From the NCBI RefSeq assembly GCF_018350175.1, contig NC_058368.1, forward strand, positions 119,724,001-119,788,000: a stretch of 64,000 nucleotides of DNA, given 5' to 3'. The position numbers and the translations under genes were made by a program. Positions within the stretch are counted from its first letter, which is position 1, and each line of letters starts with the position of its first letter. Shown piece by piece: positions 51,481-64,000 of the stretch. The notes beneath the pieces are model-generated. The model had not been told where the DNA came from. It was given only the letters and a program-made list of their open reading frames with translations, and did no database searches. The stretch is from Felis catus. Taxonomy: Eukaryota.

Positions 51481-54069
51481 CCAAATTCCAAGGTTATACT
51501 GTCATAGTCTGATACTATTGAAACAAAAATCTTTATGCTGATTTACAAACTGTAATACCATATGAAGATATGCAGCAGCATTTCTTTAACTTCAGACTGC
51601 ATACATTCACCCCAGAGGTGCAAATGAATATAGCTTCTCCCCCTACAAATTCTGGTGTACTAAATCTGGGGTGCACCTTCAGGGTATAGATTTTCAAGGG
51701 CCATCCCTAGTGATCCTTTACAAATGCTTCTTGAATCGGACTTGTACAAACTCTGCTCTAGAGAAAGAATACTGGGTATGGAGACAGAAAAGAGTGGTTT
51801 CACTTCTGATTGTGCCAGTTTCTAGGTGTAAAGTCTCAGGTTGCTGTGATTTGCCTAACTCGGCTTACAAATTTGCAAATGGAGATGATATAACAGCAGT
51901 AATTAACTAAATAGGGCTCAGCAGGTCGTTGTGAGTTTGTTGCACTAGATGTGAAGGCATTGCTTGGTGAGCTGGGGGAGCACTATGTAAATGTCTGCAG
52001 TGATGCTGCTGGCCGCGGTGCCCTCAACGGTAGCATCATCGCTGTGTTGTTGGATGGTTGGGGCCCCTGGCTGTTTGTGGGTATGTGGTGTGCTTCCGAT
52101 GCGAGAATATTTGATAGCTACCCTTGAATCCAGGTGAGGGAAAAGGGGTGTCTTTAAAGTGGTCAATAAAACAAAGAATAATTTCTCTTCTAGTTCTGCA
52201 GTAATAACTAGTATATCCAGTCTTTACAGATCATCCTGGTTATGTGGGAGGCTCAAAAATGGAATCCTTGAAAAGGCATTTCATTGGTGTTTTTTTCCTT
52301 TTGTTCATGGCATTACTACTGGTTCCTTTGAAAAATTAGCAGGGATAGTAAATCAGGGTGCTGGGGAAGATGAAGAAAATATTCATGTAATGCATGTCTC
52401 TTCCTCCAGCTTCCTGTGGGACCCGGATGTGCTAGAACCTGCCCCCTACTGAGTTTAACCCGAGGTATCTAACATTCCTACATTTCGTGCAAGCAAATTT
52501 CAGGCATCAACTCAATGCCTGTCTGCCTGGGATTTAAGATGATGAGGTTTAAAGCTGTGAGGTGCCTGTCGTTAATATTTTTACCTGTCCGTAGAGATTG
52601 CTTGTCACTGGTCTCATGTTACCCTTCCTCTGCCTGTCTGTCTGTGAAGCAGTATCTGGTAGGAGAGGGGTACCTGTTGTCTGAGATTGGGCACTGCCGC
52701 ACACATTCCCTCCATGGTTTCTATCCTGGTGCTTTTCTCTTCTCCATTGTGCTCTTCAACCAATGATCTTAGGAAAGGAAAAAACCGCTTAGCCCCTCTG
52801 AGCCTCCTTCTCTTTACCTGTAACTTGAGGGTAATAATACTTTCCCCTTCTGTTTCAGTGTGGATCAGGTAAGGTAGAGGCAATCCCTTTCTTAAGACCT
52901 AACTGGTTATCAGATTATGGTTACACAAGAAGCTCTCTTTAATACTGATCCCTCCTTCCAACAGGGAAAATATTTTAAACTTTTGTTTCTAGAATTACAT
53001 TTCACACTATAAAATTAACAGAGCTACCAAAAGTAAAAGAAAAAAAAAGAAAATCCAGATAAAAATTTTTCATGAACATTTATTAAGTATATAAAACCAA
53101 ACAATAAAACCTTCTGTCATAAATATTCCTTACAGGAAAATTTTCACATGGACTGAATTGGATGAGATATACACTAAAATATACCTATTTAGATTATGAT
53201 TATTTTTTGTACTGGAATTTTCCTTTTACAGTCATAGGTGTTCTTCTTAAACAGATTTATGATTGAGTCAGTGTGCCTGAATGCCTCTTAATTACTAGAC
53301 GAATAAACGCCCAGGGAGAAGCATTTTCCATAATGCCTTCTTTTTCAAACATCTTTCTTTCCTTTATACTAGTAAGATCTTTCCTTCTACGCATCCATCA
53401 GTGATGTGCCTTGTAAACAAATGTCAAATTTTCTCTTTTGGGTATGTAACATTACGAAGATATTTGCTTCCAAAGAAGTCCTGTTTTTATTTTCTTTTAA
53501 TGCCTGTCAGGAAGGGTAGTTTTCACCTTCAGCGATTTCAGCTAATGTCCCTGGAAGTCATTCCTGAAGTGTCTGCATCTTTGCATGCAGCTTCCCTTGA
53601 ACTCTGACCTCATGCCAAGCAATTATCTTTCTGTTCAGATAGAGCCACAAAGATTATAAAGAAATTTTATCAGTTTATTTACAACAATGTTGATTCCAGC
53701 GTATTTTAATGTGGATTACCAAAATGTAACGATCGAGGATGTTAAAATAATTCGGAACATTGAGAGCTGGGGTTAGGCAGTGAAGACTTTTTAGAGAAGA
53801 GAGGTGTTAGGTCTAGAAGAAATAGTATATACATAATAAGTTTATAAATAAATGGGAAGATTGGGTCTCAGAGCCAAGGGAGCAGAATGAGAAGTATGGA
53901 CTGCATAATACTCTTTGATGATTCCTCAGTTGGCATCCTTAAGTATATAATATCATCATCTCCTGGTCATTCTTTCCTTTTTCTTCTTGTCTTCTTTTTT
54001 TTTTTTTTTTTGTTAAAAGAAAAAAGTTGTTTTTTATTTGCTGCACATTTGAAAATCTGGACTATTAAT

Positions 54070-54350
54070 TTTTTAAAATATTTTATTTTTTATTGAGATA
54101 TAATTGACATATAACATTGTGTAAGTGAGGAGTATGAGGTGTTGGTTTGATACATTTACATTTTACAATGTGATTATGACAGAAGTGTTAGCTGACTCCT
54201 GTATCGCATCACATAATTCTCATTTCTTTTTTGTGTTGAGAACAATTAAGATCTAGTCTTAGAGTCGCTTTGAAGTTTATAACATGGTTTTGTTGACTAT
54301 ACTCACTCTGTTGTAAATTGGACTTCCAGAATTTATTAATCTTCTCTTGT
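54070..54350 (-). mobile_element. L1MA-type 3' end
   Basis: 'tttattgagatataattgacatataacattgtgtaagt...gagaacaattaagatcta'. Confidence 0.85.
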
Positions 54351-54669
54351 ATACTGTCGTTCCTTTCAAGCAATCTCAGTTCTACCCCTGCCAGTATCCC
54401 TCACCTTCGTGCCTGTATACATGCTGAATTTTTTTTCAGATCATTTGTCTTGCTTGGCTCTCCCAGACAAAGTTTATGACTCTTCCCTCAGTGCTGCAAT
54501 ATACTTTTTTAGAGAGGAAAGTTTCCAGGGGCTTCTGTGAGGTTTACCTAAAAATCATTAGACCAGGGACTGTTAAAATGAAATAAAATTCAGAGGGTCT
54601 GGGAACGTAGTTGGAAACAAAATTCATCTATATTTTTATACACCACTATCTTAAACTGAATATTTATTT

Positions 54670-54868
54670 ATTTTTTTTAATTTTTTACAATTTTATTTGA
54701 GAGAGAAAAAGAGAGCATGAGTTGGGGAGTGGGGCAGAGGGAGAAAGAGAGAATCTCAAGCAGGCTCCATGCTGAGGATTTGTGGGGCTCAGTCCTACAA
54801 CCCTGGGATCATGACCTGAGCCAAAAACAAGAGTTGGACATTCCACCAACTGAGCCACCCAGGCGCCC
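54670..54868 (-). mobile_element. Can-SINE (short type)
   Basis: TSD cttaaactgaatatttattt at 54650-54669 and 54869-54888. Confidence 0.95.
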
Positions 54869-55445
54869 CTTAAACTGAATATTTATTTTAGTTATGAATC
54901 ATGGCCACCAAACAGGGTAATATTAACAATATCTCTGATTTTGATATTAGTAGAACTTACAAATGTTTTTGTGTCATATCAGTTATTTTAGATTCTTGAA
55001 ATGTTGTTTAAGGTCACTTCTTCAAATTTAGCATAATTATTAGACTGCTGGTAGATCCTGTTATTTAATGCACCATTGAAGGCACTCATATATTTATGTA
55101 TAGATTTAAAATAGCACTTTTACTATTTTTCAGTGTTACTGGTTTCCTATGTAATCATTTGTCTTTTATGCATCTAAAAACTTTTATATGAGGAAGGATT
55201 CATGGGATCTTCATCAGATCACTCAAGGGACATTTGGCACAAAAATAGGAATACTTGCACTATAAGCTCAATGAGGTCACAGACTGTGAGGGATGTTGGT
55301 GGTGTCCATACAGGCCCAGTTCAAGGGAATGGTATTTTGGGATATGGTGAGAATATCCTTGCTGTGGTAAGGAATTTAGCATTGAAGGCCTGGTTAATCC
55401 AGGATATAAAGAGCAGAATTTGATTTGATGAAATCTTTCTTACAG

Positions 55446-55698
55446 TGTTTTGTTTTGTTTTGTTTTGTTTTGTTTTGTTTTGTTTTGTTTTGTTTTGTTC
55501 TTTTTTGAGAGACAGAGAGAGTATTTGCATGCTTGCGTGCACTAGTGGGGGAGGGTTAGAGGGAGAAGGAGAGAATCCCAAGCAGGCTCCCTGCTCAGCT
55601 CAGAGCCCAATATGGGGCTCAATCTGACAACTGTGAGATCATGACCTGAACCAAAACAAGAGTTGGACGCTTAACTGACTGAGCCACCCAGGTGCCCC
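55446..55698 (-). mobile_element. Can-SINE with (GTTTT)n tail, inside an L2 remnant (about 55205-56080)
   Basis: Reverse SINE ending caggtgcccc; tail expanded into a pentamer repeat. Confidence 0.92.
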
Positions 55699-57364
55699 AG
55701 TAAAATCATTCTTTTAGGAAATTGGGTCTATTTGTCCTTCCTGGATTAGATTAGATGGATTAGAGGGTCGAACTCATTTAGAAATTTATCATAGTCCAGG
55801 TATGAGATGAGGAGGCCCAACCAAAGATGGTGGCCGTTAGGATTTAAGATGAAGAAATGGCCTGGACTACACAAGAGGCAAAATAGACCTAGATGGAGAT
55901 GAGCACCGAAATGTTTTTCTGGGTAGGAAAGACCAAGAGTGAGTTTGATTGTTCTCTCTTTGAGTTACCATAAAAGTCTTGTAGGTTTAGATGCTGGTTT
56001 GGAGTTTCATCATGAAGCTAGGGACTTGAAAGCTATCGTACAGAGAAGTGAATGACAGAAGAGGCTGACAGTTAGGCAGGAAGGCTCAGAAAGAATAGAA
56101 AGTTCTCAGTTTTCCACCTCTCAGAGCAAGCTCTGCTCTGAAGGCATTCACCCTCTGTGGAGTCAGGATCCAGAGGGCGGGCTGGGCTCCTGGGTTGCAT
56201 GTATGTAGGAGACAGTTATGCTGCCCAACAAGGGCCAGTGTTCAGTAGTGACCAAGAACCCAGGTTGGTTTCAGACTGTGATGCTCCTGGCATATAATTC
56301 CTTTTTGTACAGAAGCTTGGTGACCTCGAAGGCCAAGTCGCGCGCACATTGCTATGTGACTCATTAGGAGCTTGCTCTTCCTCTTCCCTGGCCTCACTTC
56401 CTATAGCTCTCATGGCATCCAAGTCCCACTCTTGATATGACTAAAGCTATTCTCTGATTTCTCCAGATCCTTTTTCTCTTCCATTGTGATTCCTTCTCTC
56501 CAGGGCTTTCCTTTCTCTGTTAATTTATGATGCTTTTCCTATGTGTTTGATTTTGAAGTCTTATGCTGTCTTTCAAGCTTTAAAAAATTTTTACTGTCAT
56601 ACGGAAACCCTCAAACCTCTGCTCCCCTAATTTGTTCCTTTTGCAAACATTTAAAGAACTGTATGGATGTTTGCTCTTTAACATGTTTCCAATCATTTCG
56701 TGGTTCACGTTTATTGCTTCTATAATTTTTCATTGTGCCTTTTGTACACATTTCAATTTTTGTTTTTTAAAGGTTTGCTCTTAAAAAGAAAGATGCATTG
56801 TGGCTTTATTTTTATATGTCACTACTGTCTCTGACTTCATCTATTGCTGAAATTCTGTTTTGAAGTATCTTATAATTTGACTGAAACTTGATCCATCTAT
56901 AGGGACCTTCAAAAACATTCATATTAAGCAGGAAGGATGGTAACCTGCTTAGCAGACTGAATTTGGAATATCAATTCCCCTCAGGTCCAAGCCAATTTCA
57001 ATGATGAACTAACCACAGAAGCATAGTTTAATAAAACGAAATATCCATTTCATTTCATTAGTCAGTTTTTATGTGATTAAACAAGAAGCCAATTGCATTT
57101 TGCATATAATGTTAAATGTTTTTTAGAAGATTATCTAGTAATTTAACTAGAATATAAACCCTGCATCCTCTTAAATTAAAACTGCGGTATTTTTTGAATG
57201 AATACCAGTAAGTCATATCATATTTTGCTTTTGCTGACACTAAGAGGGAAATAATAAAAGAAAAACCTGAAACATATTATCATGAATTTTTAAATAGCTG
57301 TGAACTTAGTTTCAGTTGATACCCATCAAAGGCCGATAACTTTATAATTCAGTGCTACTTGCTT

Positions 57365-58690
57365 TTTTAAAGATTGACTTTATTTTTTTTAGAGTAATTT
57401 AAGGGTCACAGCAAAATTGAGCAGGAAGTGCAGAGATTTCCCATATGTCACCTGCCCCCACACACATATAACCTCCCTATTACCCCCATTCCCCACCAGA
57501 GTGGTGTATTTATTACAAATGATGAATCTACATCATAATCTCCCAGAATCCATAGTTTATATCAGGGTTCATTCAGTCTTTGTGTTATACATTCTATGGA
57601 TTGGACACATGCATAATGCCATGTATCCATCATTATGGTATCATGCAGAGTATTTTTACTGCCCTAAAGCCTTCTGTGTTCCACCTATTCATCTCTCCCT
57701 CTTCACAACCCCTGGCAGCCAGTAATCGTTTTACCGTCTCCATTCTGGAATGTTGAATTGTTGGAATCACACAGTTTATAGCCTTTCCATATACGCTTTT
57801 ATTACTTAGTAATATGCATTTCAGGTTCCTCCATGTCTTCCATGGCTTGTCAGTGCTGGATAATATTCCCTTATAAGGATGCACCACAGTGTATTTATCC
57901 ACTCACTTACCGAAGGACATCTTGGTTGCTTCCAAGTTTTGGCAAGCATGAATAAAGCTTCTGTAAACATCTAAGTGCAGATTTTTGTGTGGCCCTAAGT
58001 CTTCAGCTTCTTTGGGTAAATATCAAGGAGCACCATTGCTGGATTGTACGTTAAGAATATGTTTAGCTTCATAAGAAACTGCAAGATTGTCTTCCAAAAT
58101 GACCATACCGCTTTGCATTCCTGCCAGCCACAATTGAGAGTTCTCGTTGTTCCCCATCTCCTGGCCAGCATGCAGTGTTGTGAGTATTATGGACTTTGGC
58201 CGTTCTAATAGGCATGTAGTGGTATCTCATTGTCATTTGCATTTACATATGCCTGATGACCCATAACATGGAATATATTGTCCTATGCTTCTTTATCATC
58301 TGTATATTTTCTTTTGTGAAGTTTCTTTTAAGGTCTTTGGCCCATTTTTTAATCAGGTTGTTTATTCTTGTTGGTTTTAGGAGTTCCTTTGTATATTTTG
58401 TATAACCATCCTTTATTAGATGTGCTTTTGCAAAGATTTTATCCTAGTCTATAGTTTGTCTTCTCATTCTCTTGACATTGGCTTTTGCAGAAATTTAGTT
58501 TTTAATTTTTCTTTAAAGTTTTTTTTAAATTTTTATTTTGTTAAGTCATTTCTGCACCCAACATGGGGCTTAAACTCTTGACCCCAAGATCCAGAGTCTC
58601 ATGTCCTACCGACTGAGCCAGCCAGGTGCCCCAGTTTTTAACTTTAATGATATTCAACTTGTCGATTTTTTCTTTCATGGATGCAGCTTA
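57365..58690 (-). mobile_element. L1MB/MA-type 3' fragment containing a short SINE (58508-58632)
   Basis: 'tcacagcaaaattgagcaggaagtgcagagatttcccata', 'gaaggacatcttggttgcttccaagttttggc'. Confidence 0.9.
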
Positions 58691-59094
58691 CTTTTTAACT
58701 TGATGTCTAAATGTGTCTTCTCTAAGATTCATAGAGATGTTTCATGATACATTTCCAGATACCTACCTCACTCTCTGGGTATGTGTGGGCATGTTTACAC
58801 ATGAGCTTTATTTTTAATTATCTGGCAGTTTTTCTTTAGTTACTGCATTATCAGATTATCTGATCCAAATTTTGCAAGTCTGTTCATAGCTGACAGATTT
58901 TTTTAATTTTTATTTTTATAAATGTGCCCTTTGCTGATCAAAGTCTTAGGGGCTATTAACTGTGGAAGTATCCTTTTATAAATAACTTCTAGTTCAGGTT
59001 GGAATTTGGAGAGAGAGAAGGAAACCTTTCTTCATTTCTTTTATGTAGAGTTTTCAGCCCTGTGTTCTTTTTTAATTGAACAAATAGACTTAGG

Positions 59095-59225
59095 TGGCAG
59101 AATAGTATAGTTAAAGCATGGACTTTGGAGTTGGCTAAACTGGGTTCTAATCACTGCTTCACTATTTATGACATACAAATGCTAATTTAACCTCTCCACA
59201 CCTCAGCATCCTTATCTGTACTGTT
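59095..59225 (+). mobile_element. MIR
   Basis: 'gcatggactttggagt...ctgggttctaatc...tttaacctctccacacctcag'. Confidence 0.75.
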
Positions 59226-59569
59226 AAATCCCTCATTCACCTGTCATCACTGAGCATTTACTATATGGGAGGCACTACATAAACTGCTAGGGATAGGCAT
59301 GGTCTTTGATTTTTTTGGAGCTTACATGTAAATGGAGGGAAAGAATAGTATCTACCATATAAAGTTATGCAAATTAACTAATATTAGCCAAGAAAGTGGT
59401 AAGCTAAGTGCTAGACATGGATTAAGTGATAAGCCAAGTACTAGACATATTAAGTATTCAATAAATGGTAGATACTTTTTATAACATTATCATTAGCTTC
59501 TAAGTCTCCTGACCAGTCACTATTGTCTTGTTTCAGTGCCTAGCATATTTCATAGCGCATATCTGGCTT

Positions 59570-59850
59570 TTGTCTTAGGTAGGATTCTTCAGAAGCAAAC
59601 TCTAAGAAAAGAATTATGTGCAAATAATTAATTAAGGAAGTCCTCCCAGGAGAAACATAACAAATTTGAGAAATCAGAGCAGTAAAGTCGAAGAAGCCAA
59701 GGAAGGGCAGGATTCATGCAAACTTCAGTGGAGGTGACCAGATGCTTCAGGAGACTCTGGAGGATAAATTACTCCTCAGAGCAGTTCCAACCCAAGACAA
59801 GAGAGGTATCAATCTTTGTACCTGCCAGTAATTGTCTAATGGCATCAAGG
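59570..59850. mobile_element. MLT1-type LTR fragment
   Basis: 'tgtcttaggtaggattcttcagaagcaaactctaag...tgtgcaaataattaattaaggaagtcctcccagg'. Confidence 0.7.
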
Positions 59851-60418
59851 GGAACTATGGTGGATAGAATATTGGCTCCCAAAGAATTCCATGCCCTAAT
59901 CCCTGGAATGTATGAATATATCACCTTCCATGGCAAAGGAAAATTTGGATGTAATCAGGGGTATGAACTTTCAGATAGGGAGATTCCTCTGGGTTCACGG
60001 GGTGGGGGGCAGTTTGGTCACCTGAGTCATTAAAAACAGAAAATCTTTCCCAGCTGAGGTGAGAGGGAAATGTGAAGACAAATGAAGGGTCAGAAAGAAG
60101 TGATATTGTGGACTTTGAAAATGGAGAAAGTGGAGCTATAAGGCAGGGAATGCCGCAGGCTTTAAGTAGTGGGGAAAAGACAGGAACCAGAATTTTCTCC
60201 AATTTTCTCCAAGTAGCTTACCACTTTCTTGGCTAATATTAGTTAATTTGCATAACTTTATATGGTAGATACTATTCTTTCCCTCCATTTACATGTAAGT
60301 TCCAAGAATTTTCTTCCTCTAGAAGGAAATACAACCTGGCAACACCAAGTGAGAACCATGTCTGAACTGTAATTCTGTATTACCTACAGAACTGTACAGT
60401 AATAAATTTGTATAAACA

Positions 60419-60657
60419 GGGGTGCCTGGATGGCTCAGTGGGTTAAGCATCAGACTTCAGCTCAGGTCATGATCTTGCGGCTTATGAGTTTAAGTTCCAC
60501 ATCGGGCTCTGTGCTGACAGCTCAGAGCCTGGAGCCTGCTTCGGATTCTGTGTCTCCCTCTCTCTCTGCCCTTTCCCTGCTTGCGTTCTGTCTGTCTGTC
60601 TGTCTGTCTGTCTCTCAAAACTTACTCTCAAAAGTAAAAAAAAAGAAAAAGAAAATT
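60419..60657 (+). mobile_element. Can-SINE
   Basis: Typical head, CT/CTGT tract and A tail. Confidence 0.95.
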
Positions 60658-60681
60658 AAATTTAAATTGAGAGACATGCAC

Positions 60682-60879
60682 GGTCACCTGAGTGACTCAG
60701 TCTGTTGAGCGTCTGACTTCAACTCAGGTCGTGATCTCACAGCTCATGGGTTCGAGCCCCACGTGGGACACTAAGCCTGAAGTCTGCTTCAGATTCTTTG
60801 TCTCCCTCCCTCTCTGCGTCTCCCTAGCTAGTGCTTTGTCTCTGTCTCTCTCAAAATGTAAATAAACATTTTAAAAATT
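60682..60879 (+). mobile_element. Can-SINE in tandem with the previous one
   Basis: 'cacctgagtgactcag...ttcgagccccacg...aataaacattttaaaaa'. Confidence 0.92.
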
Positions 60880-63689
60880 TAAATTTGTATAAATGAATAA
60901 GCTACTAAGTTGGTGGTAATTTGGTATAGCAATAGAAATCTAATATGGGGACATAAACTCCTAGGTATTTTAGGCTCTTTACTCTGCTCTCATGTGCTAG
61001 GCAACTCATTTCGCCTGTGGAAAGTTCTCCAAAGAGCAGTGGCAGGTGCAGAAGTAGGAGGCTAGAGTACACCAAAGTAGAATGAACTCAAAAATGGTAA
61101 CAGAAGATCTGGGGAGCCACCAACAGTGTTTGCTAAAGAGTGAAGTAAGCATTTATTAACTGAATGGATGGATGAATGAATGAATGAATGAATGAATCAA
61201 CATATTTATGTAAACAACTGGAAGAGAGAGCTTATGTAAGAAATGACTTCTTACCACAGGTAGGCATGTTGGCAGTTCCCATTCAGAGTATTTAGTAACC
61301 AAGATGTTCTTCTACATTTAATGCCTTCCCCTTGTTTTCAGGTTCTCCAAGGGGCCAATGGGCTAGGAAAGTAGAAGTATTCTATAGACACAGTAAAAAC
61401 AAGCAAACTTTAAAGTGATATTTATGCTGTAGAAATCCTCCAGAAAATTCAACAATTCTTTGGAGAATTTCATTGCATTCTGAGTACCTGACTTATAAAC
61501 TGCTGTAACTAACCAGCTGGAGAATTCATCATCCTCTGGAGCATTTGGCTTGCTTGGCAGAAAAAAAGCAAAACAAAACTACCTAGGCATGGAGAAAAGA
61601 GAAGCCTTTAGAAACACATGTTTTAAGAAGTCAAAGTCAAGAAAAATAGGCTAAAGGAATATTTCCCATTTTTTCTGTGGTCCTTCCCCCTCCCTATTTT
61701 CTCTTTTCCACTTTCTGTGCTTGGGCAGAAATCCCAAATGAATTGTGTTTCCCATGGTTAAGTTAGAATAAAATCTATGTGTGTGAGTGAGTGATTCCAT
61801 ATCCATGTTTTCAAGAGTCAGGGAAAGATAGCTGAGTGGAGTACAAAATATAAAGGAAATGAATTTGCTGATGTCCTGAGTTTTGGGATGTGATTTCTGT
61901 AATTTTACTTGGTTTCAGATCATCTAATCCCAATAGATGCTTTAAACCTAATAATAATATTTTTGGCTGCAAGTAAGAAAAAATGTAACCAAAGTAGGCT
62001 TAAACAATAAGGAATTTATGACCTCTTAATAGGAATTCAGCAGACAGGACAGGTACAGGATTGATACAGTGATGCAGTTGAGGACCCAGGTCCTTTTCAT
62101 ATTTCTACTGACCATGTCAGATGTGCCTCTGGTCACAGCCCCAAGTTGAGTGCAGAGGTTCAGACATTATGTGCAGATATACTACGGAGGGTGAAGAAGA
62201 ATTTTACTTTAGTGAGTTCCCTTTAATGTGGAGTAAAGTATTTTCAAGTTGCCTCCACACTATCCCAGCTTACTTCTCTTTGGATCACATTCCATGTCCA
62301 AGAGACAGCAAGGCTTAGAAATTGAACATATGTAATATGTAACACTGCTTTCAGACTTTACATTGGGAGATCAGTTCTGCCAGCAAGGAGGAAGATGAAA
62401 TGATGGTGATGGCAGTTGGACATTCAGCCCTGGGTCTGGTACCTGGTTGTTGTGATAGTGAAATGGCATCATGTGGTTAAGTGCTTAGAATGGTGCCGAC
62501 AGGTGCACCCAGGCTCAAGATGCCTTCTGGAACATGGTTCCTTGGCAGATAATTTTCTTCTGTGATAGCCATTTTAATGTCCAGTGGTAACACCAGTCCA
62601 ATATCCAAACAACCAAGGCAGTGTTTAACTACTTAAGGAGACTCTCAGAGCAGGTATGGGGCTATTGTTTTGCATGCAGTGAAAAATAGCCAAATATTCT
62701 TCTTCATTCCTTCATCTTCCCCTTTCTAACCGTCTCTTGCTGTCAAAGCTATTCCCCACTGTACTTGAGTCTTTCCCCAAGTCCTGTATCTCTGCATCCT
62801 TTTTCCTGTCTTCCTCCTTTCAGATGCAGCAATTTGTTACACAGATCAATTTAGTCTCTCTAGTCTTCTTTCATTTTTCCTTTTCACCCAATATCCTGAT
62901 CAGCACAGTGAGGTCAGTAATGGAGCAAGCTAACATAAGCTTCTCTTAAGAGGCAAGGAATGAAATAGAATGTTATAAATAAATAAAATGGAGCAATGCA
63001 TTTTTCTTTTCCCGTGTCACTGAGCTATTTGATGTTGCCTAGAAGTCCTAGATGATGGACCACTAACACTTTGGCAAAAACCTTCAAGCTTTTTCATTCC
63101 CTTCCCCAGAGAGGACCAAGAATGCAAACCACTTTGTCATTCATCATAAAAATCCAGTTTCTGCCTTGCTGACAGCCTTACTGAATTAGAATCACACCTC
63201 ATGACCTACATAAAGATACATTGGCAAAATTTGAGGGAGGAAGGAAGAGGAAGAAGAAGGAAGAGACCCTAGTGATCTTAAACATGCTCTGTTGTCATCA
63301 TGGTTTTAATTTCATTCTGCCCGTGGCGGATGGTGACCATACAGACCTGAATTCATCTTCACTTTTAAATTTTTATGCTCTATTTTGATGTTGCTCATAT
63401 AAATGGACACTCCATTTGGGTTTCTTTTTCTTTTGCCACTTGTCTAATTGTACCAGCTGCCCTCTAAGTGTGAAAGGAGAATTAGTTACATCCACTGTTA
63501 GTTTTATCACTTTTGTGTGTGTGTATTGTCTGAAAGGAAGTGCTCAGACACTTAATTGCCGAAACAAGTAAGTGCCTTGTACTTCGGGGATAATACTGCT
63601 GATGATGCCTTTAAAGGTATCCTAATCATTGAAACTAGTGACTGGGTAGGAAAATCCAGGTCTCTTTATATCAGGTACATTCTATTACC

Positions 63690-63771
63690 ATTTTGTTTTA
63701 TTTTGTTTTATTTATTTTTTAAAATGTTCATTTATTTATTTTGAGAGAGAGAGTGTGAGCTAGGGAGGAGC

Positions 63772-63809
<38 letters not shown>

Positions 63810-63870
63810 GAGAATCTTAAACATGCTCCATGCTCAGTGTAGAGCCCAACTCAGGGTTCAGTCTCATGAC
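63690..63870 (-). mobile_element. Can-SINE lacking its 5' part
   Basis: T tract, (GA)n, 'gctccatgctcagtgtagagcccaa...tctcatgac', then stops. Confidence 0.85.
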
Positions 63871-63960
63871 TTTCTTTTCTTTTCTTTTCTTTTCTTTTCT
63901 TTTCTTTTCTTTTCTTTTCTTTTCTTTTCTTTTCTTTTCTTTTCTTTTCTTTTCTTTTCT
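63871..63960. repeat. (TTTTC)n pentanucleotide repeat
   Basis: Read directly from the sequence. Confidence 0.98.
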
Positions 63961-64000
63961 TATTTAAATAATTTGAAGACTTCTTCACTCACATCTTTTT

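Larger units (their letters stand above)
59856..60945 (+). mobile_element. MLT1C/D/E-type LTR interrupted by a templated insertion and two SINEs
   Basis: 'gaatattggctcccaaagaattccatgccctaatccctggaa...agaactgtacagtaataaatttgt..taagctactaagttggtggtaatttggtatagcaatagaaatctaata'. Confidence 0.85.

Noticed and set aside
63598..63660. Possible C/D box snoRNA (tgatga)
   Set aside because: No properly placed CTGA D box or terminal stem
473..63870. tRNA-like A/B box sequences
   Set aside because: All are heads of Can-SINEs, not tRNA genes

Overview
Non-coding genomic DNA from a cat-family (Felidae) mammal, identified by abundant tRNA-derived Can-SINE/SINEC_Fc elements, carnivore L1 3' ends and ancient mammalian MIR, L2, MLT1 and MER repeats. 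I found no credible protein-coding exon or RNA gene; the ORF-track entries are repeat-derived or look like chance ORFs. Every L1 fragment I recognised and the one provirus are on the minus strand, which hints (inference only) that the window is an intron of a plus-strand gene. The centrepiece is a decayed, non-autonomous class-I endogenous retrovirus (33605-38438, minus strand). It has both LTRs, a PBS, a PPT, an integrase C-terminal remnant and an env remnant lacking SU. Its 5' leader contains the window's only CpG island (about 65 CpGs in about 690 bp) next to a 14-copy 40/44-bp minisatellite that multiplies the presumed viral major splice donor. Other notable structures are a 92-bp inverted templated insertion (59315-59406 copied to 60214-60305), nested and young SINEs with perfect TSDs, and several non-B-DNA motifs. 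Repeat boundaries and subfamily names were assigned by eye and are approximate.
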